DNA of 64,000 nucleotides from a virus (lineage: Duplodnaviria > Caudoviricetes). A program made the translations under genes and the position numbers. The notes under the pieces are model-generated. The model had not been told where the DNA came from, ran no database searches, and saw only the letters and a list, made by a program, of their open reading frames with translations. Location: positions 154 to 64,153 of the IMG/VR virus record IMGVR_UViG_2799112677_000001. One strand, given 5' to 3'. Shown here in pieces: positions 35,653 through 45,489 of the stretch; positions within the stretch are counted from its first letter, which is position 1; each line of letters begins with the position of its first letter.

Positions 35653-37302
35653 TTACTTCTTCTTTCCCTCGACAGTGTAGCCCATAGCATCGAGCTTATC
35701 GGCTATCTTCTTGGTCTTTTTCTCGTGGTTGGTATTGAATTCATCAACTACCTTGGCCAGTCCTTCAGGGTTCCAACGCTCGGCAACATACTCCTTCACC
35801 TTCGATGCGTAAATGGTGTAGCCGCTATCAGTAGAACTCAACTCATGACGCAACCACTCGCGCATGATTTTGGGATGGTCCTCGGTGTGACTGGAAACGT
35901 ATTCAAAATAAGCGTCCATTGGAAGCCTTGAACCAGTACCCATGAGTAGGCTGCGGAATTCATAGCAGCAATCCCTCAGCATGTAGGCGATGATGGAAAC
36001 CATCTCGAAATATTGCAACTCGGCAGAGCTAAGGGTTGTCGCGGAGTATGTGAAAAGGACGGAAAGGGCAGTCTCTTTCTCTTGCTTGCACTTGTCACTG
36101 GCTTTCTTGTACTTCTCGGCCAGCTGGGTGGCGGTGACGCCCTCCTGGATTGTCGCATTGTCAACACCCTCGGCGTCTTTCCGTATCTCATAGCAACGCT
36201 CTTCGATGTCAACGCCGGAATAGTAGGAGACGATAGTCAGGCAGCGGCAAACTTCGTGGTTCTCGATTTTCTGCTGCAACCGCTCATCGTCATTGTTATA
36301 GCGGCTGTAACCAGCAAAGAGATTGCCGCGCTCAAATACCTCATAGCCTTTGGCCTTGAGTTGCTCAACAAACCGATTGGCGCCCTCTTTATCATAGCAG
36401 TACGAAAAGTCGCTCACTATGGCGATCTTTCCATATTCGAGCGGCTCGCCGACTTTGATGATGTTGTCTGCATGGGCATCGACAACACTCATCATGTAGG
36501 ACATCTTTTTCTCAAGGAATTTGACTTTACTGATGCAGCGTGCAGTATCGTCATCGGCTTTCATCTCGTAGAAGATGCAGCCGGTATTCGCGGTGTTAAG
36601 GGGGCAATCGGCGCATTTGATGCCGCATGAGCCCTCAAAGTCATCCTGGCCGTTCTTGGACCATGCCGACTGCCTGATGTACTGGAAAATCTCATTGAGG
36701 TAGCGCGCCGCCATCTCCTTTCCAATGTAGGAATAGTTCTGGTGGCGTTCCAGGAATTTGCGCTGCGCGTCCTCATCGAGTTTGCAGACAATCATCGCGG
36801 CGCTGATGGCCATCTTTTCGTCCTTGACCATCATCAGCAGCTCGGGGATGAGGCTGTTGAGTTTGATGCGGTCACTCACAAAGCGTTGCGACTTTCCGAA
36901 ACGTGCCGCAATCTCCTCGGTGGTGTCGCCTCGCTCTCTGAGTTTGCCGAATGCGAATGCCTCTTCCACCGGATCTACATCTTTACGCTGTAGATTCTCG
37001 GTAATCATGGCATCATACGCCTCGGCATCACTCATAACTCGCACGAGGCACGGCACTTTGTAACCCTCATCGGCAATCATGCACATGGCGCGGTAGCGAC
37101 GCTCACCGCATACAATCTCGTAGTGACTGGCGGCAAACGGGTCAGTGTCCGATGAGTTGATGGGTCTTACTGTGATTGGCTGCAACAGTCCCTGCTCCTT
37201 GATGCTCTGCGCAAGCTCTTGCAGGTCTTCCTGCTCGAAGGTCTTGCGTGGGTTCATCGGTGACGGTTGGATGTGCCCAATCGGAATTGCTTGTACTTCC
37301 AT
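35653..37302 (-). CDS. ParB/RepB/Spo0J family protein (549 aa)
   Basis: NPRKTF, SIKEQGLLQPITVR, IVCGERRYRA, ENLQRKD and HTH EEIAARFGKS. Confidence 0.92.
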   Translation of the reverse strand: MEVQAIPIGHIQPSPMNPRKTFEQEDLQELAQSIKEQGLLQPITVRPINSSDTDPFAASHYEIVCGERRYRAMCMIADEGYKVPCLVRVMSDAEAYDAMITENLQRKDVDPVEEAFAFGKLRERGDTTEEIAARFGKSQRFVSDRIKLNSLIPELLMMVKDEKMAISAAMIVCKLDEDAQRKFLERHQNYSYIGKEMAARYLNEIFQYIRQSAWSKNGQDDFEGSCGIKCADCPLNTANTGCIFYEMKADDDTARCISKVKFLEKKMSYMMSVVDAHADNIIKVGEPLEYGKIAIVSDFSYCYDKEGANRFVEQLKAKGYEVFERGNLFAGYSRYNNDDERLQQKIENHEVCRCLTIVSYYSGVDIEERCYEIRKDAEGVDNATIQEGVTATQLAEKYKKASDKCKQEKETALSVLFTYSATTLSSAELQYFEMVSIIAYMLRDCCYEFRSLLMGTGSRLPMDAYFEYVSSHTEDHPKIMREWLRHELSSTDSGYTIYASKVKEYVAERWNPEGLAKVVDEFNTNHEKKTKKIADKLDAMGYTVEGKKK

Positions 37303-37361
37303 TGTTCTTTTGGTTTTTAATTGGTTTGACTTATGTTGTAAATGTGTCTCATTTACATCAG

Positions 37362-37417
37362 TAAAGTTAGTGCATTTTGACGAGATTACCAAACGAAAAC
37401 TTCGCCTTTTTTACACC
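37362..37417 (-). promoter_or_regulatory. Middle-type promoter, copy E (more divergent)
   Basis: TAACTTTA at 37362-37369; box CGCCTTTTTTACACC at 37403-37417. Confidence 0.6.
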
Positions 37418-37604
37418 ATTTTTTGTCACGGATTGACAGGAAACCGCGTGCCTCGCATTGCTTCAAAAGCTGCATCTGCTCCACGTCCACCTCGCAGGGG
37501 CTTTCGCCGTTGATGGTGGTGTAGTGAGGGATGTTGAACTTTTTGCGGATCTGCTCTATCGCCTCGGGGTCGCACTTCTTCCAGTAGATTACGCATTTAA
37601 TCAT
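37386..37604 (-). CDS. Hypothetical protein (72 aa from MIKCV)
   Basis: 4-nt overlap with the upstream gene. Confidence 0.65.
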   Translation of the reverse strand: MIKCVIYWKKCDPEAIEQIRKKFNIPHYTTINGESPCEVDVEQMQLLKQCEARGFLSIRDKKWCKKGEVFVW

Positions 37605-38326
37605 GTCAACGCCCTCCATAGAATGTTGATAAACCATAACACGCCCTCAATCTGGTCTTGTATGCGGTTCCGCATCTGCCATGCCTCGAATGCGGTGTGG
37701 CACTCTGGCAGGCCTGCACGTCGGCACCATTCCTCGGGGCTGATGGTGTCGCCTCGTGACTCACGCTCTTTCCATGCCTCGGCGCTCTCCAGTGCTGCTA
37801 TCTTGGCATTTCTCTCATCCACGAACACGTCCAGAGCCTCGGTAATCCGCATCGGGTCAACGACGCCGTAGAAGTGGCCATACTTGCCGGTCTTGAAGCG
37901 GTAAAAGAAAAGCAGCAGTTCACTTGCTTTGAGGTGGCCGTACTCTTTGGCGATTACCTCGGCAAGAAACTCTGCTTGACGGTCGTTGAGCGTCCCTTTG
38001 CTGTTGCAGTACACGACGAGGTCAAAAATCTGCGGCATGAGCCACGTAGCCGGAAACCCATCGCCGTAGGTCTTGGCCATGAGTCCCAGTGTTGGAGCGG
38101 TGCCAAAAATCGCACGCTCCTCATTCTTCGCGGCTATCAGCTGCGTGTCCGGGTTGAACGTCTGCATGAACTGCTCATGGCTTCCGTATCTCTTCAGCAC
38201 GAGCTTTGTCTTCTGCAATACGTCGGGCGATAGTTGCTGCGTAGTCACGGGCAAGATTGTCTCGTTCCTGCTGTCGCTGGTCGCCGACTCCCTGGTTAGG
38301 AGGTCTCTTACTCTTTCTGGCTTCAT
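37601..38326 (-). CDS. DUF6633-like replication-associated protein (241 aa), possible helicase loader
   Basis: PTLGLMAKTYG...W...LKASELLLFFYRFKTGKYGHFYG; directly after the initiator gene. Confidence 0.65.
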   Translation of the reverse strand: MKPERVRDLLTRESATSDSRNETILPVTTQQLSPDVLQKTKLVLKRYGSHEQFMQTFNPDTQLIAAKNEERAIFGTAPTLGLMAKTYGDGFPATWLMPQIFDLVVYCNSKGTLNDRQAEFLAEVIAKEYGHLKASELLLFFYRFKTGKYGHFYGVVDPMRITEALDVFVDERNAKIAALESAEAWKERESRGDTISPEEWCRRAGLPECHTAFEAWQMRNRIQDQIEGVLWFINILWRALT

Positions 38327-39050
38327 TGATTTTGTCGAATATCCATTTGTTTGCAAAACTATCCCAATTACGGATTTTTACGCCGTGCGTGTTACGCCAG
38401 CCCAGTCCGTCGTAGTGATAAAAGAAAATCCTTGCCTCATCCTGCCAGTTCGGCAACTCGTTTGCCGATTGCCGAAATACCGCCTCAACCTCCTTGAGGG
38501 TGGGTGGAACGAAATCATCTTGACTTTTTGGCTTTCTCGGTTTTGGCGGAGGTGTGAAAAGAACGCCCTCAGGCGGTTCTTTTTTTCTTTTATCTTTCTT
38601 TTTTTCTTGTAATATATTATTTTCTTCTCTTTCTTTTAATTCTTGTTCGGGTGGAATTGGTGGTGTAACTACTGGTGTAGTCACTGGTGTAATAGGTGGT
38701 GTAGTCACTGGTGGAATATTTACACTACCTTCATCGCAATCGCCCTGATAACGGGCGAAGTTGAGTATAACGGTTTTTACTCCGTAGGAATATTTAATGC
38801 GCTTGATTTCTCCTGTCTTTTCGAGCGTCTTCAGCGCATTGATGACAGTCTTACGGGATAGCCCGGTATTGTACTCCAGCGAGGAGATTGATATGGTCGT
38901 TTCGCCTCGTAGGATTTCAATGCCATGACGGTTTGTCGTCTTACTGTTGGCGGCAAACAACAGATCCTCAAACACCATCCTGACGGACGGGTTTTGGTAA
39001 TGTTGCCAATCCCGCATCTTACGATGTAGTTTAATCCATCCGTCACTCAT
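38175..39050 (-). CDS. Phage replication initiator/replisome organiser (291 aa)
   Basis: GWIKLHRKM N-terminus, wHTH, C-terminal FFYHYDGLGW...NW DnaD-like domain; contains internal iterons. Confidence 0.85.
   Translation of the reverse strand: MSDGWIKLHRKMRDWQHYQNPSVRMVFEDLLFAANSKTTNRHGIEILRGETTISISSLEYNTGLSRKTVINALKTLEKTGEIKRIKYSYGVKTVILNFARYQGDCDEGSVNIPPVTTPPITPVTTPVVTPPIPPEQELKEREENNILQEKKKDKRKKEPPEGVLFTPPPKPRKPKSQDDFVPPTLKEVEAVFRQSANELPNWQDEARIFFYHYDGLGWRNTHGVKIRNWDSFANKWIFDKINEARKSKRPPNQGVGDQRQQERDNLARDYAATIARRIAEDKARAEEIRKP
38581..38720. repeat. Probable replication origin: six 12-bp tandem units plus an AT-rich tract
   Basis: Units at 38649-38720 (e.g. TGGTGTAGTCAC twice, TGGTGTAACTAC); pyrimidine/AT-rich tract at 38581-38645. 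Confidence 0.7.
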
Positions 39051-39496
39051 CGGTATTTAGCGTATCGTTCTGTGACTTGCTTGATGTACGGTTCGGGGTC
39101 GATGTGCAGATAGAGGCATAGGGCAGTGACAAACTCAAAGATGCCGTGACATACAACGTAAACGCTACCGTGAGCCTCCACGAGTTTCTGCCAGGCCTTT
39201 TGGTTGTCGCTCTGCGAGCCGGCACTGCTGCCCTTGCGCTTAGGGACTTTCATCTCTATGCAGAGGCTTGCCTTGCCTCCATGAGGATGTAGCAATATGA
39301 GGTCTGATACACCGCTAACGGCACCCTCATACTTCATCATGGCGCCAGTACGGCCGTCTCGACGGCCACCGTTAGGAACAGCAAAGAGCAGGTCCGCAAC
39401 ATCAGGGAACGTCTGCCGAAACCAGCAGACGCAAGTGTGCTGTATCTTGCTCTCGCTATATGTGCGCTCTATCTGTAAAATCTCCTCTTGTGTCAT
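39047..39496 (-). CDS. VRR-NUC domain nuclease (149 aa)
   Basis: ESKIQ, FAVPNGG, GVSDL, IEMK and QKAW PD-(D/E)XK motifs. Confidence 0.9.
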   Translation of the reverse strand: MTQEEILQIERTYSESKIQHTCVCWFRQTFPDVADLLFAVPNGGRRDGRTGAMMKYEGAVSGVSDLILLHPHGGKASLCIEMKVPKRKGSSAGSQSDNQKAWQKLVEAHGSVYVVCHGIFEFVTALCLYLHIDPEPYIKQVTERYAKYR

Positions 39497-41229
39497 AGCC
39501 TGTCACTAAACAAGTTCATTGTGATGTTAACTATATCCTCGTCAATCTGCGTGGTGGTGCCTGTGACCTCGTTGGCAATGTCCTTCTTGGTCTGAATGAC
39601 CTTGTACATATAGCGGTCGATTGTCTTGCTACCGAGGAAGTAATAACAGTTGACGTTGTTCTTTTGCCCGTTGCGGTGTGCCCTATCCTCGGCCTGCTCG
39701 CAATCGCTGTACGTCCAGGGAAACTCGATGAACGCCACACGACTTGCGGCGGTAAGCGTCAAGCCTGTGCCGCCGCTCTTGTAGTTGAGGATTATGAGTT
39801 TCGTTTCAGGGTCGTTCTGGAACTTGTCAACGGCTCTCTGCTTCTCACGCACGTTGTCGCTGCCGGTCACCGTCACGGCATCAGGGAAATGCTCTTTAAG
39901 CGCCTCCACGACTTCCTTGAGGTAGGCGAAAAGGATTAGCTTCTCTCCACCGTCAATGACATCGTGAACGAAATCCGCAACGGCATTTATTTTACCCCTT
40001 GCGGCTATCTGCTTGAGTATTCCCATCTGTACCATGATCTGCCCGCGCATGGCACGCTGCACCTTGTCGTCGTCCGCATTCTTGTAAGTACGCAGGTATT
40101 TGATGACGTCTTTCTCTGCAGCGTCATATTCTGAGCGGTTGGTGATATCGCATTCAATATACTGGCGGCTCTTGTCTGGAAGCTGTGTAAGTACCGACTT
40201 TTTCTCTCTGCGAAAAAAACAGCAATTCCACAACCGCCAATTAAGCTCCTTCATATTGGATGACTGCTTTGGCCCGTCGCAGTACCGGGCGACAAATCTC
40301 TTGTAACCTCCGAAATCCTCCAGACGGTCAAGTATCTTGAGCTGCTGGATGAGGTCGGTGTTATTGTTGACTACTGGAGTGCCCGTCAACTCAAAAACCC
40401 ACTTTTTGCCCCGGCAAATACCCTCGACGAATTTGCTCTGCTGTGTCTTTGACGATTTACATTTGTGACTTTCGTCGATGATTACCGACTTGAACAGCTT
40501 AATGCGATCATCAAAGATGATGTGCCGCAACGTCAACTTCGAGTGCTCTCTAATCTCAGTGACAAAGAACTTTTTCAGGCTCTCATAGTTGGTGATGAAC
40601 ACATCGCAAAGCGGCTCGCCGTCCGCCTTTTTCATCTCGATGAAACGGTGCCAGTTGTAACGGTTGGTGTCGTCGAGGATGATGGCGTTGCGCCCTGCAA
40701 ACTTCTTGAACTCTCGTTGCCAGTTGATTTTCAGCGACGCGGGGCAAATGATGAGTGTAGGTAATGTCTCTCCATATTTCGCCGCCTCCTTGTGGGCTTT
40801 GATGACTGCACAAATCGCCTGCAGTGTCTTTCCGAGGCCTGGCTGATCGCCGAAGATGCAACGCTTGTGCTGCAAGGCATACTGCACCCCTTCAAGTTGG
40901 TACTGGTAAGGGTCGAGCAGCATGTAGTGGTCGCCATCAATGCCCGACAGGGTCGGCAGCTCGTAGGTGATGTCCCTCGCATCATTGCGTCGCTTGATGT
41001 CGCTGCAATAGCGCATCTGGACTGACCATTGCGCCATCGCCTCGACATACCAGCGGGCGTCGCGGTTTGGAGGGTACGAGTAGTGCACTTTCTGCACCAC
41101 CCAGGCCCTGTCAGTCGCATCCCACTTGGGCTGACTGGGAATGCGCTTGACGACATCAATCATTCGTGGGTTATAATCAAACTGGAGTTTGAATGTGTTG
41201 GGGGTTTCCGTTATAAAGAACGGCCTCAT
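39493..41229 (-). CDS. SNF2-family helicase, HARP/SMARCAL1-like (578 aa)
   Basis: GDQPGLGKT, IIDESH, LTGTP, GTGLTL and QAEDRAHRNGQ. Confidence 0.93.
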   Translation of the reverse strand: MRPFFITETPNTFKLQFDYNPRMIDVVKRIPSQPKWDATDRAWVVQKVHYSYPPNRDARWYVEAMAQWSVQMRYCSDIKRRNDARDITYELPTLSGIDGDHYMLLDPYQYQLEGVQYALQHKRCIFGDQPGLGKTLQAICAVIKAHKEAAKYGETLPTLIICPASLKINWQREFKKFAGRNAIILDDTNRYNWHRFIEMKKADGEPLCDVFITNYESLKKFFVTEIREHSKLTLRHIIFDDRIKLFKSVIIDESHKCKSSKTQQSKFVEGICRGKKWVFELTGTPVVNNNTDLIQQLKILDRLEDFGGYKRFVARYCDGPKQSSNMKELNWRLWNCCFFRREKKSVLTQLPDKSRQYIECDITNRSEYDAAEKDVIKYLRTYKNADDDKVQRAMRGQIMVQMGILKQIAARGKINAVADFVHDVIDGGEKLILFAYLKEVVEALKEHFPDAVTVTGSDNVREKQRAVDKFQNDPETKLIILNYKSGGTGLTLTAASRVAFIEFPWTYSDCEQAEDRAHRNGQKNNVNCYYFLGSKTIDRYMYKVIQTKKDIANEVTGTTTQIDEDIVNITMNLFSDRL

Positions 41230-41780
41230 GCGGGTACAGCCTCTCCAACGGGCACTTCATTGGCGGCATTAACCTCTGCAAACGGGTCATCGGGGTTGCC
41301 GTCGAAGTCAATCTCATGCTGGACTACCGCCCACTTCTTCTCACTCACATACAGCTCTGCCTCGTATATGAGCGCCTTTACAGCGTCACGCAGATCCTCG
41401 CAGCGCTCATAGGGCTCCGTCTCGGGGTCAAATCCGGTAAGGGGTGCGTTGAGGTTGAGGGTCTTTGATGTGCCGAGTGTTCGCTTGCCGGTGATTACGC
41501 ACTGCTGGTCGAGGTCGAAACCCTTGACGGTTACGCCAGTGACCGAAATGCGGTGCAGCAGGTCCTCGTTCTCGACGCTGCCGAGGTTGTCCCAGTCAAT
41601 CATGGGCACCTCTCGCTGCTCGGTAAGTTCGGCAAAATAGGGGATGAGGTCGTTAAGTCTCGCTTTGAAATCCTCATGCACCGGGTTTTTGCCTTTGAGG
41701 CAAACGTCGTTGCCGTCATCATCAACAAAGGCGACCTCCAACGTGCCGCCTTTGCTCAATTTCGCTCTTGTGATGTTCAT
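41226..41780 (-). CDS. Hypothetical protein (184 aa from MNITRAK)
   Basis: ORF in the operon. Confidence 0.7.
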   Translation of the reverse strand: MNITRAKLSKGGTLEVAFVDDDGNDVCLKGKNPVHEDFKARLNDLIPYFAELTEQREVPMIDWDNLGSVENEDLLHRISVTGVTVKGFDLDQQCVITGKRTLGTSKTLNLNAPLTGFDPETEPYERCEDLRDAVKALIYEAELYVSEKKWAVVQHEIDFDGNPDDPFAEVNAANEVPVGEAVPA

Positions 41781-41787
41781 AATGATG

Positions 41788-42267
41788 TCAATAATTAAAA
41801 TCGATAAATAACTGTACTCCGTGAGGCTCACGGTAGCCTGGGTGACTCGCCAAATAAGCCGTACGGAGTTTCTCTCTGATAAGTTCACGCTCTTTCTTGC
41901 TGACGTTGTACTGGTCGGAGTCGTAGTTGACCTGTAACGCACGTTCAAGGCTTCCTTGGACGTACTTATCATCCATGAAGATTGAATATACAGTGTACAT
42001 TCGATTGGCATGCACGCGGTCACTCTCTTCCTCTGAAGTCTGCACGCGGCTATAGGCTACGTTGATGTAGCGTGACACACCATCGTAGCCGTCTTTGTTG
42101 TAGCGAGGGCCGGGATCGTCATTAAGGAAAATGACGGTTAACGCCTCCCGTTTGACGACCTTATTGAGCTTGGCCCACCCGTAGTACACTCTAAGACGCA
42201 TGGGGCCTTTTGGCTTTGGCCCTTGCTTTGCTTCAAGCAACTTCAATTGGTCAGTGAGTAGGCTCAT
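41788..42267 (-). CDS. Hypothetical protein (159 aa)
   Basis: ORF in the operon. Confidence 0.7.
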   Translation of the reverse strand: MSLLTDQLKLLEAKQGPKPKGPMRLRVYYGWAKLNKVVKREALTVIFLNDDPGPRYNKDGYDGVSRYINVAYSRVQTSEEESDRVHANRMYTVYSIFMDDKYVQGSLERALQVNYDSDQYNVSKKERELIREKLRTAYLASHPGYREPHGVQLFIDFNY

Positions 42268-42416
42268 CGTTTGTTTTGGCTTGCAAGAAACCTCTTTACT
42301 CCAGCTTCCATATTTCTGCGGGTTCCTTCAGGAATCGCATTCTCGTAATCCTCTTCAGTCCACATATCGTATGGCTTGAGGTTTACAACACTTCCGGAAT
42401 TCCTTCTATTTTTCAT
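42264..42416 (-). CDS. Hypothetical protein (50 aa from MKNRRN)
   Basis: ATG adjacent to the upstream stop; 4-nt overlap downstream. Confidence 0.45.
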   Translation of the reverse strand: MKNRRNSGSVVNLKPYDMWTEEDYENAIPEGTRRNMEAGVKRFLASQNKR

Positions 42417-42417
42417 A

Positions 42418-42834
42418 TTAACGGTATCTGTAATGTTGCACAAACTCTTGGTAATACCTGTCAGCAGGCAGAGGCAGTGTAATGCCCCATTCAGTAGCGG
42501 CATCAGCCTGGACCTTATTCATAAAGTTGGACATCTGCACGGTGTTCATTCCGCTCGTGCCACCGACAACCGAAAACCGCCTGCCTCCAACTTCAGTCTC
42601 ACGCATCAGGAACTTACTGCAGTAGTAGTCGTGCCAGTCCTGTTTTTCAGTTCCCGTGTTCTCTTCCATGCACTTGAACCACATCCACATGAGCGCGTTC
42701 TGGCTGACGGTGCGTGGCTCGGTCTTGCGCTTGATGGTGACGGTATAGACACCGTTGCGGAGCTGGGAGCATAGGAAGTCGAAGGACTTCTCCATGCTCA
42801 CCTGCCCGTCACGTTTGGTCAGTGTCGTTTCCAT
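42418..42834 (-). CDS. NinB-like recombination accessory protein (138 aa)
   Basis: RTVSQNALMW...TSGMNTVQMSNFMNKV pattern; next to ssb. Confidence 0.7.
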   Translation of the reverse strand: METTLTKRDGQVSMEKSFDFLCSQLRNGVYTVTIKRKTEPRTVSQNALMWMWFKCMEENTGTEKQDWHDYYCSKFLMRETEVGGRRFSVVGGTSGMNTVQMSNFMNKVQADAATEWGITLPLPADRYYQEFVQHYRYR

Positions 42835-42835
42835 A

Positions 42836-43405
42836 TCACGAAAACGGCAAGTCATTCACTCCAGGGCCTTGGTAGGGCGTCTGGGGTTGCTGCATCGGCG
42901 CGGCCTGCGGCGGCTGGTACTGCGGTTGCTGCACTGGCGGCTGGTACTGCTGTCCCGGCATGGGCGCGGGCTGATAGGATTGCGTCTGCTGCACTGGCCT
43001 CGGCTGCTGATATTGGGGTGCCGCCTGGGGCTGATATGGCTGTTGGCCTTGCTGCTGATGCTGTGACGCCTGTTGCGGCTGTCCCAGCAGCTCCATGTCA
43101 TCGACAACGACCTCAGTCTGATAGCGTTTGACGCCATCGCGTCCCTCCCATGCGCGGGTGGTCAACTTGCCCCTGATATGGACCTTAGTGCCTTTGCGTA
43201 CATAACGCTCGCATACGTCGGCAATGCCTCTCCATGCGACTATGTTGTGCCACTCCGTGCGCTCGGGCACCTGCGTGCCGTCGCTCTTGGTGTAGGCTCG
43301 GTCAGTAGTGGCCAATGTGAACTGGGCGAACTTCGTGCCCTGCACTTCTCGGACTTCTGGGTCTTTGCCCACGTTACCGAGTAGAAAAACCATGTTAACG
43401 CTCAT
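42836..43405 (-). CDS. ssb: Single-stranded DNA-binding protein (189 aa)
   Basis: LLGNVGKDPE, TEWHNIVAW, KGTKVHIRGKL; Q/P-rich linker ending in DLPF. Confidence 0.97.
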   Translation of the reverse strand: MSVNMVFLLGNVGKDPEVREVQGTKFAQFTLATTDRAYTKSDGTQVPERTEWHNIVAWRGIADVCERYVRKGTKVHIRGKLTTRAWEGRDGVKRYQTEVVVDDMELLGQPQQASQHQQQGQQPYQPQAAPQYQQPRPVQQTQSYQPAPMPGQQYQPPVQQPQYQPPQAAPMQQPQTPYQGPGVNDLPFS

Positions 43406-44466
43406 TTTTTCTCATTCAGTTTAAGGGTGAAACTTCCAGCCCTGACACTTGTAGTCGAATACTCGCTGAACAAGTCGGGATGATCTTCTTTGAACTTCTT
43501 GCTGTTGAAGCTGGTGACGAGGCTGTCTTTGGCGATAGTCGCACTGAATGCCTCGCACTTAAAGGATTTGATGCCGTTCTCGATCATGGAGGCTTTGAGT
43601 CCCTTCTTGAACTCGTCCATGAGGGTGTCGATTTCCTGCTGTCGCTTGAGCAGGTTGGTGATTGCATGGATAACCTCCAGCGACACGACTCCGGACTGCT
43701 CCTGCACGGCGGGAAGGTTGTTGCCCCGCATGATTTCCAGCATTTCGGGGTCGCCAGTCCACTCATATTCCCAGTGGCCATCAACCCACGTCGCTTTGGT
43801 GTGCTCAAGCAAAGCCTTGACGAAATCGTCAGGTTGTCGCTCGATGATCCAGAACTCGCCCTTATCGTGACGTAGCCAGTTGGCGGCAAGGCCCTCGACC
43901 TTATCGCCCGTCTGCTTCTCGTACAGGTAGGCATACACGCTCAACTGCCAAGATAGGTAGAGTTTCAAGCCAGCGACACCACCCGGGTAGTAGTCCAGGT
44001 TGTTGGTCTTGGTATCGACAAGCCATGTGCCTTGCGTCACGATCTTGCGCCACACGTTGTCAATGTTGGATGCATACTGGGCGTTGTCGCTGATGGTGTA
44101 CTCGTTGGCGATGGGCTCGAAGCCCTCACGGTGCTTGATGTAGGTCTCCAGCTCTTTGGCAACGTCAAAGGGACCGAACACCTGCGTGCCGTAGTCCCTT
44201 GTGTAATGCCATATTGCCGGGTGCTTGGTCTGCTTGATGCGGATTTCGTCGTAGGTCTCGATGGACTTGTGCACGGCTGACCCGTAGGCACCAGCGCGAG
44301 GGATGGCCACCTGCTTGACGTACTCGGGGGCACCAGGGTAAACGCCGAGGTTGAGTATCGCATGGATGAGGCCAGTGATACCGCTCAGGCGCTTCGTGCC
44401 AAGCCAGTAGCCATGAGGATCTTCCTCAAAGCGTACTGGCGACTTGGGTAAGGCTAACTTCGTCAT
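43402..44466 (-). CDS. PD-(D/E)XK exonuclease, Cas4/RecB-like (354 aa)
   Basis: ANEY, ASNIDNV, LVDTKT and WQLSVYAYL motifs; follows erf. Confidence 0.8.
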   Translation of the reverse strand: MTKLALPKSPVRFEEDPHGYWLGTKRLSGITGLIHAILNLGVYPGAPEYVKQVAIPRAGAYGSAVHKSIETYDEIRIKQTKHPAIWHYTRDYGTQVFGPFDVAKELETYIKHREGFEPIANEYTISDNAQYASNIDNVWRKIVTQGTWLVDTKTNNLDYYPGGVAGLKLYLSWQLSVYAYLYEKQTGDKVEGLAANWLRHDKGEFWIIERQPDDFVKALLEHTKATWVDGHWEYEWTGDPEMLEIMRGNNLPAVQEQSGVVSLEVIHAITNLLKRQQEIDTLMDEFKKGLKASMIENGIKSFKCEAFSATIAKDSLVTSFNSKKFKEDHPDLFSEYSTTSVRAGSFTLKLNEKK

Positions 44467-45128
44467 GACTGCTGCAACTCGTTAGCTTTCTTGATGCAGG
44501 CATCATAGAACTCGGTACCCTTGGCACACATGGCAGGGTACTCGGTGGAATACTTCTGCCATACGTTCGTGTACTCCTCATTGTTCGTTGCGGCTTCAAG
44601 GTCGGCGAGTGCCTGCTTCAAGACCTCGCCGGTAAAAGCAACGGCATTGGCTCCAGTGGCCTTCTTGGTCGTTCGCTTACTTGTCGGCTCCTTGAATGTC
44701 GCTTGGTTTCCACAAGCGGCATTGGCGTCGTCGTCGGTGTCGGCCACGATGCCGAGGATGGCGCAATAGGTATAGCGTTTAAGATAGGTAATCGCGGAGC
44801 CGAGTGCCTGGTAGTCGCTGGGCTGGCCGATGGTAATCTCACTCCTGAACCACTGGCCGCTTTTGTGGGTAAGCATGGTTACAAGCGTGCCGTTGCTGAT
44901 GATCTGCGTGACGGCGAGGCCGTGCTTGCTCATCGTAGGAACCGCTGCCTTGACGCACGTTGACAGGTCGGCATACTTGAAAGTGTAAGAGCTTCCCGTG
45001 CGGGTCTTGACGCTCACTTCCTTGCTTAACTCAGGTTGTTTCAACTCGGACTGAAAAGCCGAGAGGGCCGCCGAAATCTCGTTAATCTCTGCACTCATGA
45101 ATGTTGTGGTTTGTCCTTCCATGTTCAT
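44463..45128 (-). CDS. erf: ERF family single-strand annealing protein (221 aa)
   Basis: YADL...QALGSAITYLKRYTYCAILGI...DDD motif. Confidence 0.93.
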   Translation of the reverse strand: MNMEGQTTTFMSAEINEISAALSAFQSELKQPELSKEVSVKTRTGSSYTFKYADLSTCVKAAVPTMSKHGLAVTQIISNGTLVTMLTHKSGQWFRSEITIGQPSDYQALGSAITYLKRYTYCAILGIVADTDDDANAACGNQATFKEPTSKRTTKKATGANAVAFTGEVLKQALADLEAATNNEEYTNVWQKYSTEYPAMCAKGTEFYDACIKKANELQQS

Positions 45129-45165
45129 TCAGTTTAATTGGTTTGACTTATGAATTAACTCACTG

Positions 45166-45242
45166 TAAAGTTAGTCAGTTTTGGCGGATTACAGGCAACA
45201 CAAGTGCCGCCATTTTAACGCCTTAACTCTTTGTAACGATTG
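45166..45242 (-). promoter_or_regulatory. Middle-type promoter repeat, copy D
   Basis: Near-duplicate of 31497-31573. Confidence 0.7.
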
Positions 45243-45465
45243 GCCCGATTTGCTCCTGCCACTTCTCGAACACCCTGCAAATGGTGTCCTTGAATTTGGG
45301 GAGGTCCTGGGCGTGGATAAAGATGCGGTGACGTGTTCCATTGTTGCCCTGCGTAGGGGCTTCAACGATTTGGAGATAGGGATCGCCCTTCACGTCTTCG
45401 CGGGCATCGAAATGATACGCACGGGTGCCTGCGAACTGGGTCTCAGTAAATATTACATTCTCCAT
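45223..45465 (-). CDS. DUF3276/Pur-alpha-like nucleic-acid-binding protein (80 aa)
   Basis: RAYHFDARE...GDPYLQIVE...RHRIFIH..DL..F. Confidence 0.75.
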   Translation of the reverse strand: MENVIFTETQFAGTRAYHFDAREDVKGDPYLQIVEAPTQGNNGTRHRIFIHAQDLPKFKDTICRVFEKWQEQIGPIVTKS

Positions 45466-45489
45466 TGTGATGATGATTAAGTGATGATG

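Noticed and set aside
38649-38720. CRISPR array or mini-array
   Set aside because: The units are 12-bp tandem in-frame repeats with no spacers; no repeat-spacer array was seen anywhere in the window
43402-44466. Cas4 as a sign of a CRISPR system
   Set aside because: It is a PD-(D/E)XK exonuclease in an erf-exo-ssb recombination module with no other cas genes
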